A DNA stretch of 61,866 nt, the filler included, from Circinaria calcarea (lineage: Eukaryota): NCBI GenBank assembly GCA_051942165.1. It is 10 parts of 10 records of this genome, joined end to end, with 100 filler letters (N's around TTAATTAATTAA, not from the genome) between each part and the next. Parts side by side here need not be neighbours in the genome. Positions count along the whole stretch, not along the records: positions 49,604 to 55,686 come from JAVECS010001678.1; positions 55,787 to 61,866 come from JAVECS010001679.1; 8 more parts are not named here. The stretch is one strand, 5' to 3'. The notes under the pieces are model-generated. The model made no database searches, was not told the origin of the DNA, and saw nothing but the letters and a program-made list of their open reading frames with translations. The translations under genes were made by a program, and so were the position numbers. Below, one piece after another: positions 51,782-61,866 of this stretch (position 1 is the stretch's first letter; every line of letters begins with the position of its first letter).

Positions 51782-51963
51782 CGCGTTGACAAAGAAAAGT
51801 GGTTAGGTTTTTAATTTACTTGTCCACCGTAGCTCCCACTAACAACAGGCGTGAAGCCCCCCGGATCGGAGGCTCACCATAATTTCAGGGCCCTTTATTA
51901 GGCGAGCAACTATGGTGAGAAAAAATCGGAAATTATTCTAACCACTTTCTTTTTGCCACACGC
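51782..51963. mobile_element. Imperfect ~180-bp foldback / MITE-like element
   Basis: gcgttgacaaagaaaagtggttag pairs with ctaaccactttctttttgccacacgc; inner arms caccgtag...gtgaa and ttcag...ctatggtg are also complementary. Confidence 0.55.
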
Positions 51964-52085
51964 CTGATGCGCTTATATGAGACCTAGCCATACCATGACT
52001 CTTTGCGGGAATAAAGACTCTATTTGTTCTAGCTGGCCTAGCCTCGGAAAACCCCTCGCCGGCCTCACGCTACTCCTATTCAATC

Positions 52086-54097
52086 ATGTCCGTGTCAGCC
52101 CCCAACATGCTTTGTACAGCCTGTCAGGCCATATTCAATCACGAAACGCGTCCATCTGAGGATTCGAATACTCACCATAAGACCTTTGCTACTCTATACG
52201 CCGCAGCATCATCAGGATGTCGAATATGTCGCAAACTTTGGAAGATGTTTGAAGATCACCCGAGCCAGGGTACATTGCTCTCTCCACTCTTACAATCAGA
52301 ACGTAACGCTACTGAGTACAGACTCTTCCACGAAGATATATCATTCGCAATTAACGATAGGTCTTTTACAACTCTCTTCACAATGATTTCCACTCGAGGT
52401 CTGACGACCCAATAGTTTTTTAATAGATAAACTGATCTGATTTTAACCTAGAGGAGACTGAGGTCCTAGTCTGCGACCATCAGATAGGTTCCGACATTAT
52501 ATCGGGAACGACTTGGACTCTTATTCAAACCTGGTTTGCTAACTGTACAAGTAAACATGGGAGATGTAACCAAGTCGCGCAGCAAGACAGATGGTATCCA
52601 AGCCGTCTCCTCGACTTGAAAGCTCACGCGACCTCGATAGTTACGCTCATTGATACGGCCGCTATGCGTCTTGACGGTCCTTATGTTTCACTGAGCCATC
52701 GATGGGGTAGTACTTCGATTGCAATGACTACACAAGATACATTAGCGATGTTCATGAATGGAGTCGAAGTTTCCGGCCTTCCACAAACATTTCAAGACGC
52801 TATTATAATTACCAAAAAACTGGGGATACAGTATCTATGGATTGACTCCCTGTGTATCATTCAGGGTGATTCCAAGGATTGGCAACATGAAGCCGCTTTG
52901 ATGGACAATGTCTACAGGAATGCGGTGTGCAACCTATCAGCTCTCGGCGCCGAATCTAGTCATGAGGGACTGTTCCTTCCTCGAAATGCAGAGTTAATCA
53001 GGCAGCCTGTCGTTCAAGTGGCCTGGAAAGATCATCCCAATGAAACCTACGCCATAATCCACAAAGACTTCTGGACTGATCGCGTGGATAACGCACCCTT
53101 GAACCATCGAGGATGGGTCCTCCAAGAAAGGCTGCTTGCTCCTAGAATTCTACATTTTGGTTCTGAACAAGTATTTTGGGAATGCCACGAAGTAGATGCT
53201 TGTGAAACATATCCGCATGGATTACCAAAACTTCTAAGGAAAGATCATATGATACGTTTCAAAGCTTTAGACCTAGGTTCGCCCGCCACCTATCCACGGG
53301 AGCATTCTCCTATGGACCAAGTATCTGTCCACGACGAGTACGACATCTGGCATAATATAGTGAAACAATATACCAAGTGCGCTTTGACAATGGATGGGGA
53401 TAAGTTAGTCGCCATATCGGGTATCGCAAAGATATTTCAGTCGAAGCTTCAAGACGAGTACTTGGCTGGGCTCTGGCGACGTATTCTTCTTCCTGATCTG
53501 CTTTGGTGTGCTGATCGAGTTGAGAATGAGGAGAAAGGACGTGCTCCAAGGCGACCGAATAGCTACCGCGCCCCCTCCTGGTCTTGGGCATCCATCGACG
53601 GTGTAATACAGCCATTTGGACACTCTTCTAAGTTCGACTATGAGAAGGAAGCTATGGCTACTATATTAGACGCCAAGACATCTCCTGTATCAGAGGATCC
53701 TACTGGTCAAGTGATAGGTGGAATGATCCGCCTTCGTGGTGTCCTATATCCGGAGGGGCTTGAAATTGAACACACGAATTCTCGTTTTGGGTCGATATTT
53801 GACGCTCATGATAACTATATAACGCGGTTGAACTACGATGTTAGACCAAATCTTCCTACTCAGACGCGCACAATCTATTGTCTTCCTCTTTCATTCTATG
53901 ATGCCGGGGATGACTCCGTCATCCGGGGCTTGGGCTTAGAGCCTTCAGGGTTGGGGCAAGGTGTGTATAGGCGCTTCGGATGGTTCAGTGTGCGTAGTAT
54001 AGAGGCCTGTAAAGCACTCCAGGAAGAGACCGGGGATGTAGAAGAAAGGCGAAAGCTATACTGCGAAGAGGAAGACGGTGTGCTTGTTATTATATAA
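52086..54097 (+). CDS. HET-domain protein (TOL-like type with N-terminal CxxC motifs), 2 exons
   Basis: LCTACQ and GCRIC; PSRLLD, YVSLSHRWG, LPQTFQDAI, YLWIDSLCIIQ, RGWVLQERLLAPR, DKLVAISGIA, YLAGLW and YRAPSWSWAS. Confidence 0.95.
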
Positions 54098-54566
54098 AAG
54101 GGGCACGGACTTGAACAAGATAGAAAGGCAGCTGCGCGAAAACACAGATGATTATAGATGAGGGACGGTAGGAAAGATGGCGGTGTCACGGACCGGTGTA
54201 CCAACATAGACGTCCTAAATGACCTTTGATCGCTCATAGGGATGAGACTGAAACTCCTGTCTGGACGGGCAGGTGAAAGAAAATGATGGATATTTGGAAT
54301 TACGGGAAAGACCTGCGTGGCCCAAGGTTAGGTGGGTAAGCTTAACAGTTGTGATGGCCTCTCAATTTTTCTATTTCCCTTCCCCTACTTCATACTTAGC
54401 CTACTCCAGCATCAGAGTATCTCTGTACAATCACACGACACGCAGATACGGACGTGCTGTAGTGATAAGTTGATATTATAAAGGTTCTCTAAATCCACCA
54501 TGCCTACCGGTGAGTCCGTAAGGCTAATAAGATCAAACAAGACACAGCCACGCTCTTATCTCCAAC

Positions 54567-55288
54567 ATGTCTTCCACTCCAGTACCCCTTCCTCTCAACA
54601 CCACCTCCGTCGACCGGGAAAATCATCCTTTCGGAACTCCAGCAACCTCCAAAACCGCCTAGAGGGTCCCACTATAGATACCTTGATCCAAAATTTTGGG
54701 GCCGCCAGCTTCCCGCTTTTCATTAGCAACACCTTCACCAATCCAGTCGTTGTATACTTTTACGCATGGAAGTCCTTGAAAATCTGGGTTGGGGTTTTCC
54801 ACAACACGAAGCTGAATCCGAATGCACAGCCACGCTCTATCGATGCGAGAATGACTGCTGAGATTACGGTGTGGGTGTCTCGGGGCACATTCTACGCCAA
54901 GTAGTTTTGCAGACGGTTCCCTGGGAGCTATTCCGGAAGATCGGGTGGAGGAAAGAGCAGCGTTGGGGTTCTATGGATACAACTCAAGTGCTTTCCGAGT
55001 GGTGCGCGCAGAACGTTAGACGTCTATAGCTGCGCTCCTCATTCATGGAGTTAGCTTTGGACTAAGCAGTTTACAGATTCTCATCCTCCGATGGGAGGGA
55101 TGACCATTCCTCAGCCAGCCGGTTTGGAAGCCAAGAGAGATGTTTTCAAAAATTACCAGGAGGTTACCTCATCGAAGACTAAGCGTCTCGCTCGCAAATT
55201 GAGCATTACTGATTGTCTGGAAGAAGAAGGTTGGGAGGAGATGGCAGCGGAGACGGCGGATCTAGAGGATGATTGGACGATGGTGTAA
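54567..55288 (+). pseudogene. Possible degraded gene
   Basis: Protein-like final exon (...EEEGWEEM...DDWTMV*) preceded by splice-like signals, but the upstream frames are interrupted by stops. Confidence 0.3.
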
Positions 55289-55786
55289 GCTTCCCCCAGT
55301 TGCTTGTAGCGTACTGGAGATGGAATGATATCTTTCACGCATGATTTTGTGCAGCTTTTAGCACAAGTTTGGCAGAGAGTAGATATGAAAACAAGGAGTT
55401 TAAGATGTCAAGCGCGTACAATTCAAAAATGTACAACTTATCTTACATATTCTCTTTGGCAGTCCAGGTTAGAGTTCAGTACCCAGAAGGGTTATCAATG
55501 TAGGACAGAGTTCATTTAAAAGTGCTGTTACATCCCTGACTCTTGGGAATATATACGCTGCTATGCCTGACTCGCTGCACAAGAGTTTTCTATAGCTGCA
55601 CTTTTAATCCTTAATCCAGCTTTTAAACACCCCACGAACTCCTTGTCTTCACGCCCCAACGCGATCCTCCCCCTCCACCCCTGTCCNNNNNNNNNNNNNN
55701 NNNNNNNNNNNNNNNNNNNNNNNNNNNNNNTTAATTAATTAANNNNNNNNNNNNNNNNNNNNNNNNNNNNNNNNNNNNNNNNNNNN

Positions 55787-56039
55787 CGATGACGAATCCT
55801 CCGGCTCAGATGCCAACGCTTCTGACGAGGTCGACGAAGATGTCCTTGAACAGCAAGCAGATCTCCTACGCCAAAGAGAAGAAATCGCCGACCTCGAGGC
55901 TGCGATCAAGAACCAGACTCTTGAGCATGATCGACTGCAGAACTCTATTCTAAGGAACAAGAAGATGATGACAATACAGAGCCTGAAGGCGGATCTGGAA
56001 CTCAAGAAAGCGGCTATTGGAGAAGGTGCTGATGATTGA
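55787..56039 (+). CDS. TAF7: TFIID subunit Taf7, C-terminal end
   Basis: Acidic stretch followed by REEIADLEAAIK...QNSILR...IQSLKADLELKK coiled coil. Confidence 0.8.
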
Positions 56040-56689
56040 GAGTCTGATTGTTGAAGCCTTCTGATCAGAGGGCTATGGTTAGGAATATTGGAAGCTTGCC
56101 ACATGGTAGCTTTTGCATAACATCCACTTGAGCAGAGATGGATGGGTCACTTTTATCACACCTACAATGGCTTACCCCTAAAGGCTAAGTAGCTACACAC
56201 AAGAAAGCTCAGAGCATATAAACCTTCCATGTGCTCCATTAATGTCCCCTTCCTCCAACCCGTGAAATCCCATGTGCCTGGATGCTTTTGCTGTTTCGCC
56301 GGCAATCTTGTATATTTCGCTACGCTGCGAATACATGCGCTATTGAAGCTTTTATATCAGCCCAGTTGCCATCGACAATAAGGAGAATCAATAACGCCAG
56401 TCATTGTGGTTCCGAGCTAATACCATAATACCTTTGTTGGCGGCCCTTGCCGTATTATATCGAGACGTGGGGAAAAAATCGAAAATCATATTTGATCTGT
56501 ACGATTAATCTACTAAATAACTAATTTTATTATTTTCTTTTCTGCATTTCATTTTCAGTAAGCTTGATCGTTAACACTACCCATTAAAGGGCTCTATCTA
56601 GATTTGGGACTCCACGTTCGTCGATTTTTGAAGCTTTATAATAAGAAATATATTGAATACTATTTCCGCTGACACCTAACCAAAATAAA

Positions 56690-56880
56690 AATTCGATCGC
56701 ATGCTTTAATTCTGTACTTTGATAGGCTCCAAGTTTCTACCTCAGTTTATGCTCATGATTTTTTATGTTGTTGGTTGTAAGATTACCAGAATTTAAATGT
56801 GCGTGAAAGAAATTCCTGTGGGGGGGTCCAACAAAGTTTTTAGGTCTGGGGAGTTTGGTTTGGTTTGGTTCCGGAACTGG
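56690..56880 (-). mobile_element. Truncated, older relative of the 57263-57885 DNA transposon
   Basis: Ends in ACTGG followed by TA. Subterminal and ATG-proximal sequence aligns with 57712-57845. No opposite TIR found. Confidence 0.65.
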
Positions 56881-57262
56881 TAACTCATTGTTTGAACCAT
56901 AAATGCCCCCAGATGGCAAATTCGAAGTGCAGGCCCGGGGTTTTATGAAACAAGCTTTGATGAACTAGGTACGCATCGGGAGAGACCTGAATTGGAAAGA
57001 GTCAATGCTCTAAAAGTACACCATGAGCAGCTGGGGAACAGTACCTGATGACATGGATCCCGAAGGCGAGAGCCTACCTCGATTGTGTTCTCGGCCCTGC
57101 GGGTATTAGAGGCCAATATTTCTCTTTCGGCTACTAATCGTCATATCCACTGGTCTACATGTGGCGGTGCCGATAAAGTTAGGCGCGTTTTACCTTTGAA
57201 GATGTTGAACAATATGTATGGTGGCATGTATTGAATTTCGTGAGCAATAAGTGCTTTTGGTA

Positions 57263-57885
57263 CCAGTCCGAACCACCGATTCGTAATCACTAGCGATTCG
57301 CAACTCGAAAACCTAAAAACTTGAAATATACCTATAAATGTCACACTTTCTTAATGATTTACTATGTAATAAAGACAATGCATGATGTGCATTAAGTCTA
57401 AAGTTCTACATCACTATAAACACGTAACTTATAGTGTTCTATCGTATAAACGCCATGCGCAATAAGCCCAAAATAATTACGCATTTTGTTGTTTCGCTGG
57501 CAATTGCACGTATTCCGCTGCGCTGCGAATTTATGAATTTTTGCAGCTTTATGCCAGCCTTCGCTGCTTCCTTTCCAACTACTTTCAATGCATTTAGGTA
57601 TCTTTTAGCCTGAATTTCTGCTGACCGCTGTGCTTTATTTAATTTAATAAGCCTCCGCTTATTACAGCTGATTTTAGACTTGGGTACGTGCTTTCGCCAA
57701 CTAAATTGATCGCATATTTGATTCTGTCCTTTATGGGCCAAGTATCTGCCTCGTTTTGCCCCATGATTTTACTTGTGGTTGTACTGGATTTATGTGTGCA
57801 TGAAAGAATTAGGTGGGGTTTCGGAAAGATTTTAGGTTTTCGAGTTGCGAATCGCTAGTGATTGCCAATCGGTGGTCCGGACTGG
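57263..57885 (-). mobile_element. 623-bp non-autonomous Tc1/mariner-superfamily (pogo/Fot1-like) DNA transposon
   Basis: 56-bp TIRs (57263-57318 and 57830-57885, 3 mismatches) starting CCAGT and flanked by TA on both sides. ATG at 57764 gives MGQNEADTWPIKDRIKYAINLVGESTYPSLKSAV, resembling the HTH start of pogo transposases. No DDD domain seen. Confidence 0.85.
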
Positions 57886-58683
57886 TAGTCCATCCATCGG
57901 CTTTTCATTTCTGCCGTAGGTAGCCAATGCAAATCAATGACTCCTTCTTGAGACCAAACTCGCGTGTTGCATGCTAGCATACAGCGGAAAAAAACGCTTT
58001 TTAGAGGTGTGTGGAGAGTGTGGAGCATGGACCACGCATTACCCCGTAAGGTAACACGGGACTCGGTAAGCCCTTTTACTTCTAATAGAGGAAACGCCGG
58101 AAGACAGTGTCTTTGGACATGTCTGGTTTATATATGATACTGGGCAGCCTCTCAGAACGTCTCAGGCTGGTTCCCATAAATCTACATCCGAGAGCTTGTC
58201 CCAGGATCATGAATTTCATTTGATGCCAGTTCCATAGCTATTATTGTGACGATCTCTTTCCGTCCAAAGGTGATTTGTTAACGAGCAGCCTCTTTAACCG
58301 TAAATCTTAGCGGCAGCTAGACCGAACCACCCAGCTGCGTTAGTCATCTAAGGCGTTAAATTAGCAGCGCATTTCGCCGGAGATACCAGAATGCTACTGA
58401 CCTGAGCAGCAGCTTCCTTGTCGTCACCACAATAAGCTGATTCTTCCGCATTTCATATATAAAGAAAATATGGAAATTAGATCTCAATTGGACATGCTTG
58501 GTCACACAAGGAGCCACCTCTGTATGACACGTAATAATTTCCTATGAAGATTCCTTTGGTGGGATTGGTCAAGGCCAAAGACCCCTATTTTTGGTTTTGA
58601 GAACGGATAAATCTCTGATCCTTATCTGGTCCACTCCATTGCTTACGTTCGGCGAGCGCGCAATAGGCTTCATCCCTCTCTCT

Positions 58684-58935
58684 CTACGGACGGCTTTTCT
58701 CCACCCTCACGGCATTCTTTTCGGTTCTCCCTTCGAGTCTCTCACTCTCCAAAGTCATCTGGATGGGTCTCGTTCTCCTGCTCCAGTCGTGCTTTTTCTT
58801 CTTCCCTTGCATCCCTTTCATCATCGAGCTTCTTCTGAAGGTCTTCGACGTCTTCCTCAAGGCTGGCAATCTGCTCTTCCATCTATACCTTCTATCGAGG
58901 CGCAAAGTGGTTCTAAACAGTTGCCAAGTAAGCAA
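58684..58935 (-). pseudogene. Degraded coiled-coil coding fragment
   Basis: One frame reads MEEQIASLEEDVEDLQKKLDDERDAREEEKARLEQENE, flanked by stops and frameshifts. Confidence 0.4.
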
Positions 58936-59592
58936 CGAAAGTCAGTCAAGCATAGTCATATATATGAACTTCGACACAGAAAGCAGCAGGATTCAGTTTC
59001 GGACTGATGATTCGGGTCCAAGTATAATATGCTGCCGGTATAGTTGATGTATTTATAGCATTGGTGAGCAAGCATTGTTTGTATGTATAAGCAGGGAACT
59101 TACCACATTAGTAATGAATTAGCTATATGTACCCATGATCCTTATACTCATCAAATTGAGCACCCAACAGTCCCTTTGCATAATTCAAGTGCTAACCATT
59201 TAATACGACCTTACAAAATTGAAACTAGTCTGACGGTATTGTAGGTAGAAACGCTTTTGATTGGGAAGCAGCTGTCTAGCTCGACGCCTTTGTCTCTGGC
59301 CAAGACGCGTCGCTGGCCACCGTAGTAACAGATCCTAAACAATGAGTACATTAGAACTGTTATGACTTCCCTCTTTATAGTGATGTGCAGTTACCTACGC
59401 CCGCTGTAGCTGGCTGTGTAGAGCGTCGATGCGAATTTGCATGGTCGGGCTGCCGTGCCGGCTTTTGTACTTCGATCTTGGGAGGACGTATCTTTTCTGT
59501 AGACCGGTTTCTCTCAAGCGAAGGCGGGTGTCTAGGCGATGAAGGCTCTTGAACACGCTGCCTAGGCTGATGCTTCACTAGGCTAAATCAAC

Positions 59593-60147
59593 CTATCCGT
59601 ACAAGCTGTTCGCGCTTCGAGTATGTCCTCCCCCCAGCGAACCTCCTTTCCCGACCAAGTTTTCCTCCATATCCTTCGGGAAGCTTAGGTGATATTCATG
59701 GTAGTGTTGTAGACATTCAATGAAATAGACCCTGAAGATCTTATCCGGCGCAGGGACTCGGCCATAGACGCGCTCAGCCATTTCGAGCATTCGAATCGGA
59801 AGCTTGGGCGCAGTGTCTGGTGATGACGGATATGCATTAGACTTTTCGATTATTAGCTTCTTTAAGCCGTCCAGCTCAATTTCGATGACGAGGAAATAGA
59901 CATTTCTCAGCCCTTTCCAGATAGCCGACTTGTCGTTGCCGTAAACTCTCTCATCAATGTCACTCTCATGTAGGTACTTCTGGAGATTACCAAAGTCTTT
60001 AGGATCAGTTTCCGAGAGCTTGGTTGCGATACTATCCCGAAATCGTGGGAAGTCTCGGCTGAACGCTGACGACTGTGCCAGAACGCTCGTAGGAATAGTG
60101 AACTCCTTCCTCATTGGCCCAACACGGAAGGTTATGTTACTACTCAC
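59593..60147 (-). CDS. BTB/POZ-like domain protein (5' exon uncertain)
   Basis: ITFRVGPMRKEFTIPTSVLAQSSAF...LSETDPKDFGNLQKYL...LRNVYFL fits the divergent fungal BTB pattern. Confidence 0.65.
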   Translation of the reverse strand: MSSNITFRVGPMRKEFTIPTSVLAQSSAFSRDFPRFRDSIATKLSETDPKDFGNLQKYLHESDIDERVYGNDKSAIWKGLRNVYFLVIEIELDGLKKLIIEKSNAYPSSPDTAPKLPIRMLEMAERVYGRVPAPDKIFRVYFIECLQHYHEYHLSFPKDMEENLVGKGGSLGGGHTRSANSLYG

Positions 60148-61554
60148 ACCACTAATTAAATGTCAGTAAAACTAGTAGAATCTGTTAAGACAACCCATGG
60201 AGCCTACCTTCTGTGTACTGGACGAGGTGTAGTGTACGTATTGGTGTGTGTAGCTTGTGGCTGTGGTATCTTAGTAAGAAACTTCAAAAAACTACCGTCT
60301 GAGAGTGCCTGGTATTAACTTACTAACCTATTTCTTTGATCTGTCGGCATTCTAATTTTGGCCCAGGAAAAGACCATTGTGAGCGACCTGGCTTTCTCAA
60401 CAAGTCATGTAAGTAGCTGTTGACTAGGGTACAAACAACAAACTAACAACAGTGAAAGTATCAGTAAGCCATGGTGGGTAACTCGATGAGTAACCGCTAT
60501 CGAAAAAACTGGATTTTGAGAAAAGAGAGGGAATCAGATGTATGATCATGATGATTGAATTTAAACGAATGACTGCTGGTTAAGGTGCGAGTGAATCCAC
60601 CGTCCCAGAGATTGCAAGTGAATCGCAATAAGCTAATGCAGACATAGTAATTAACTGCCATATACAATAATGCAGTTTATGCAAATTATTTATATTCTAG
60701 ATCACTAGGCGAAGCATGTTTGGGTATATTGAGTGAATGATTATTGCCACCAAAGAACAGACGGCTTTGATAATGGGCTGGGCCACTACTCATAGCTTCT
60801 TCTGGAAAAATGATATCTGAGAACTTGCTAAACATGCAGAAGAGGAAGTGTATTATGGTCGAATAGTAGAAGAGAAAGTCCTACGGAGCTCGCCATCACC
60901 AACGTGGGTCTAGAAAGCTTCTACGTCATCGTTAGTTATGCTATGTGATAGCTTCAGATGTCTTCGAAGACAGAAGTCTATCTATAAAGGGGGATGTAAG
61001 AACTTGAGAGGTCTCTTTAGGTTCGGCACTTGCAGATAGAATTTGATCGTAGCAATCCTAACCAGGTCTTGAGATGTTGATTGGTTGATTCCCAAGGTCA
61101 ATCGTATACAAATGATACAAGTCAGCCGTTACAACAAAGCTGACTGTGGTTGTGGGCTGGCTGGTTATCATAGGTCGAGTAGCCAGTATCTATCTATATC
61201 GGCGAATTACCCCCGTAACATGTGATTCCTTCTCACCTTTAATTTCAGACATTCACGCACAGCCCAGTACTCTTACCTAACGCTCGTTACTCTGTCTACT
61301 CCGTCTCGAAACCAGGTCGTGGGAACCGACCGGCCATTATCTCAACTACGTGTGGACAAGCGTCACATCAAGCGTGGCTGGCGGAGGTCGAAAGCGCTGC
61401 TACAACTAAGCTGGAAGAAGAGCCAATTTTCCCAGGTATATAGGTGTGGTTTACATCTATCTCCCTTTACAAGGGTCGGAATATATTATTCTACTCTCTT
61501 GACATTACCAACGTAAATTACCTCCCCAGATGAACATCCAATTTGGGCCCCCAC

Positions 61555-61866
61555 TCATGGTAAAAGCGCATACAGCGCCGCCAGCTTCAAGAAATTCGGC
61601 GTCCCCAACCCGGTAACGGGATCCCATCCCTCCACGGCCGTGAAACCGGGCGTACCGCACCCTTGATTGCCGCCCGCGGTGATGTCGTTCAAGACCTTGG
61701 GGTGCGCATAGAGTACCGGGTTGAGGAAACCGACGGGCCCCTTGCCGATGAGAAATCTCGCCTCGTTGACGAGGGTGATGACGGCGCCGAACGTGGGCGA
61801 GGAGGCAGAAGTCCCGTAGACGAGGCTGAATTTCCCATTCACGGCGACGACGTAGTTGGCTCCGTT
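61555..61866 (-). CDS. Sedolisin (S53) tripeptidyl-peptidase, C-terminal part
   Basis: GTSASSP catalytic serine motif; GFLNPVLY, LNDITAGGNQGC and GWDPVTGLGTPN. Confidence 0.95.
   Translation of the reverse strand, partial: NGANYVVAVNGKFSLVYGTSASSPTFGAVITLVNEARFLIGKGPVGFLNPVLYAHPKVLNDITAGGNQGCGTPGFTAVEGWDPVTGLGTPNFLKLAALYALLP

Noticed and set aside
34668..54097. Cluster of two HET genes
   Set aside because: They are on different contigs separated by artificial linkers.

Overview
This is not one locus. It is ten separate fungal contigs of about 6.1 kb (6111, 6106, 6105, 6105, 6103, 6093, 6091, 6089, 6083, 6080 bp, in descending length) joined by artificial 100-bp N44-TTAATTAATTAA-N44 linkers, so gene neighbourhoods only mean something within a contig. 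The DNA is from a filamentous ascomycete (Pezizomycotina: short GT-AG introns with CTRAC branch points, RIP-like AT-rich remnants, HET-domain genes). One small secreted protein resembles a family I associate with lichen-forming Lecanoromycetes. Most genes are housekeeping: PPC decarboxylase, Grx5, BCAT, calcineurin A, an SDR polyol dehydrogenase, SF3B2/Cus1, Med13, Enp2, Tvp23, Cdc26, Ypt35, Sas4, Rsa4, Msh4, Taf7 and a sedolisin. The best candidate for something undescribed is a ~210-nt highly structured minus-strand RNA at about 568-775. It has a tRNA-like 5' domain with no T-arm, two cUNCGg tetraloops, a U1-complementary 5' splice-site motif, and an apparent Pol III layout (internal A box, T-run, downstream B box). 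I could not match it by eye to a known snRNA, tRNA, SRP or RNase P. Other leads: a head-to-head HET-domain / GDPD-like phosphodiesterase pair in which the phosphodiesterase has one in-frame TGA, two related TA-targeting pogo/Fot1-like transposon derivatives, and a foldback element upstream of a second HET gene. All family calls come from motif recognition, with no database searches.
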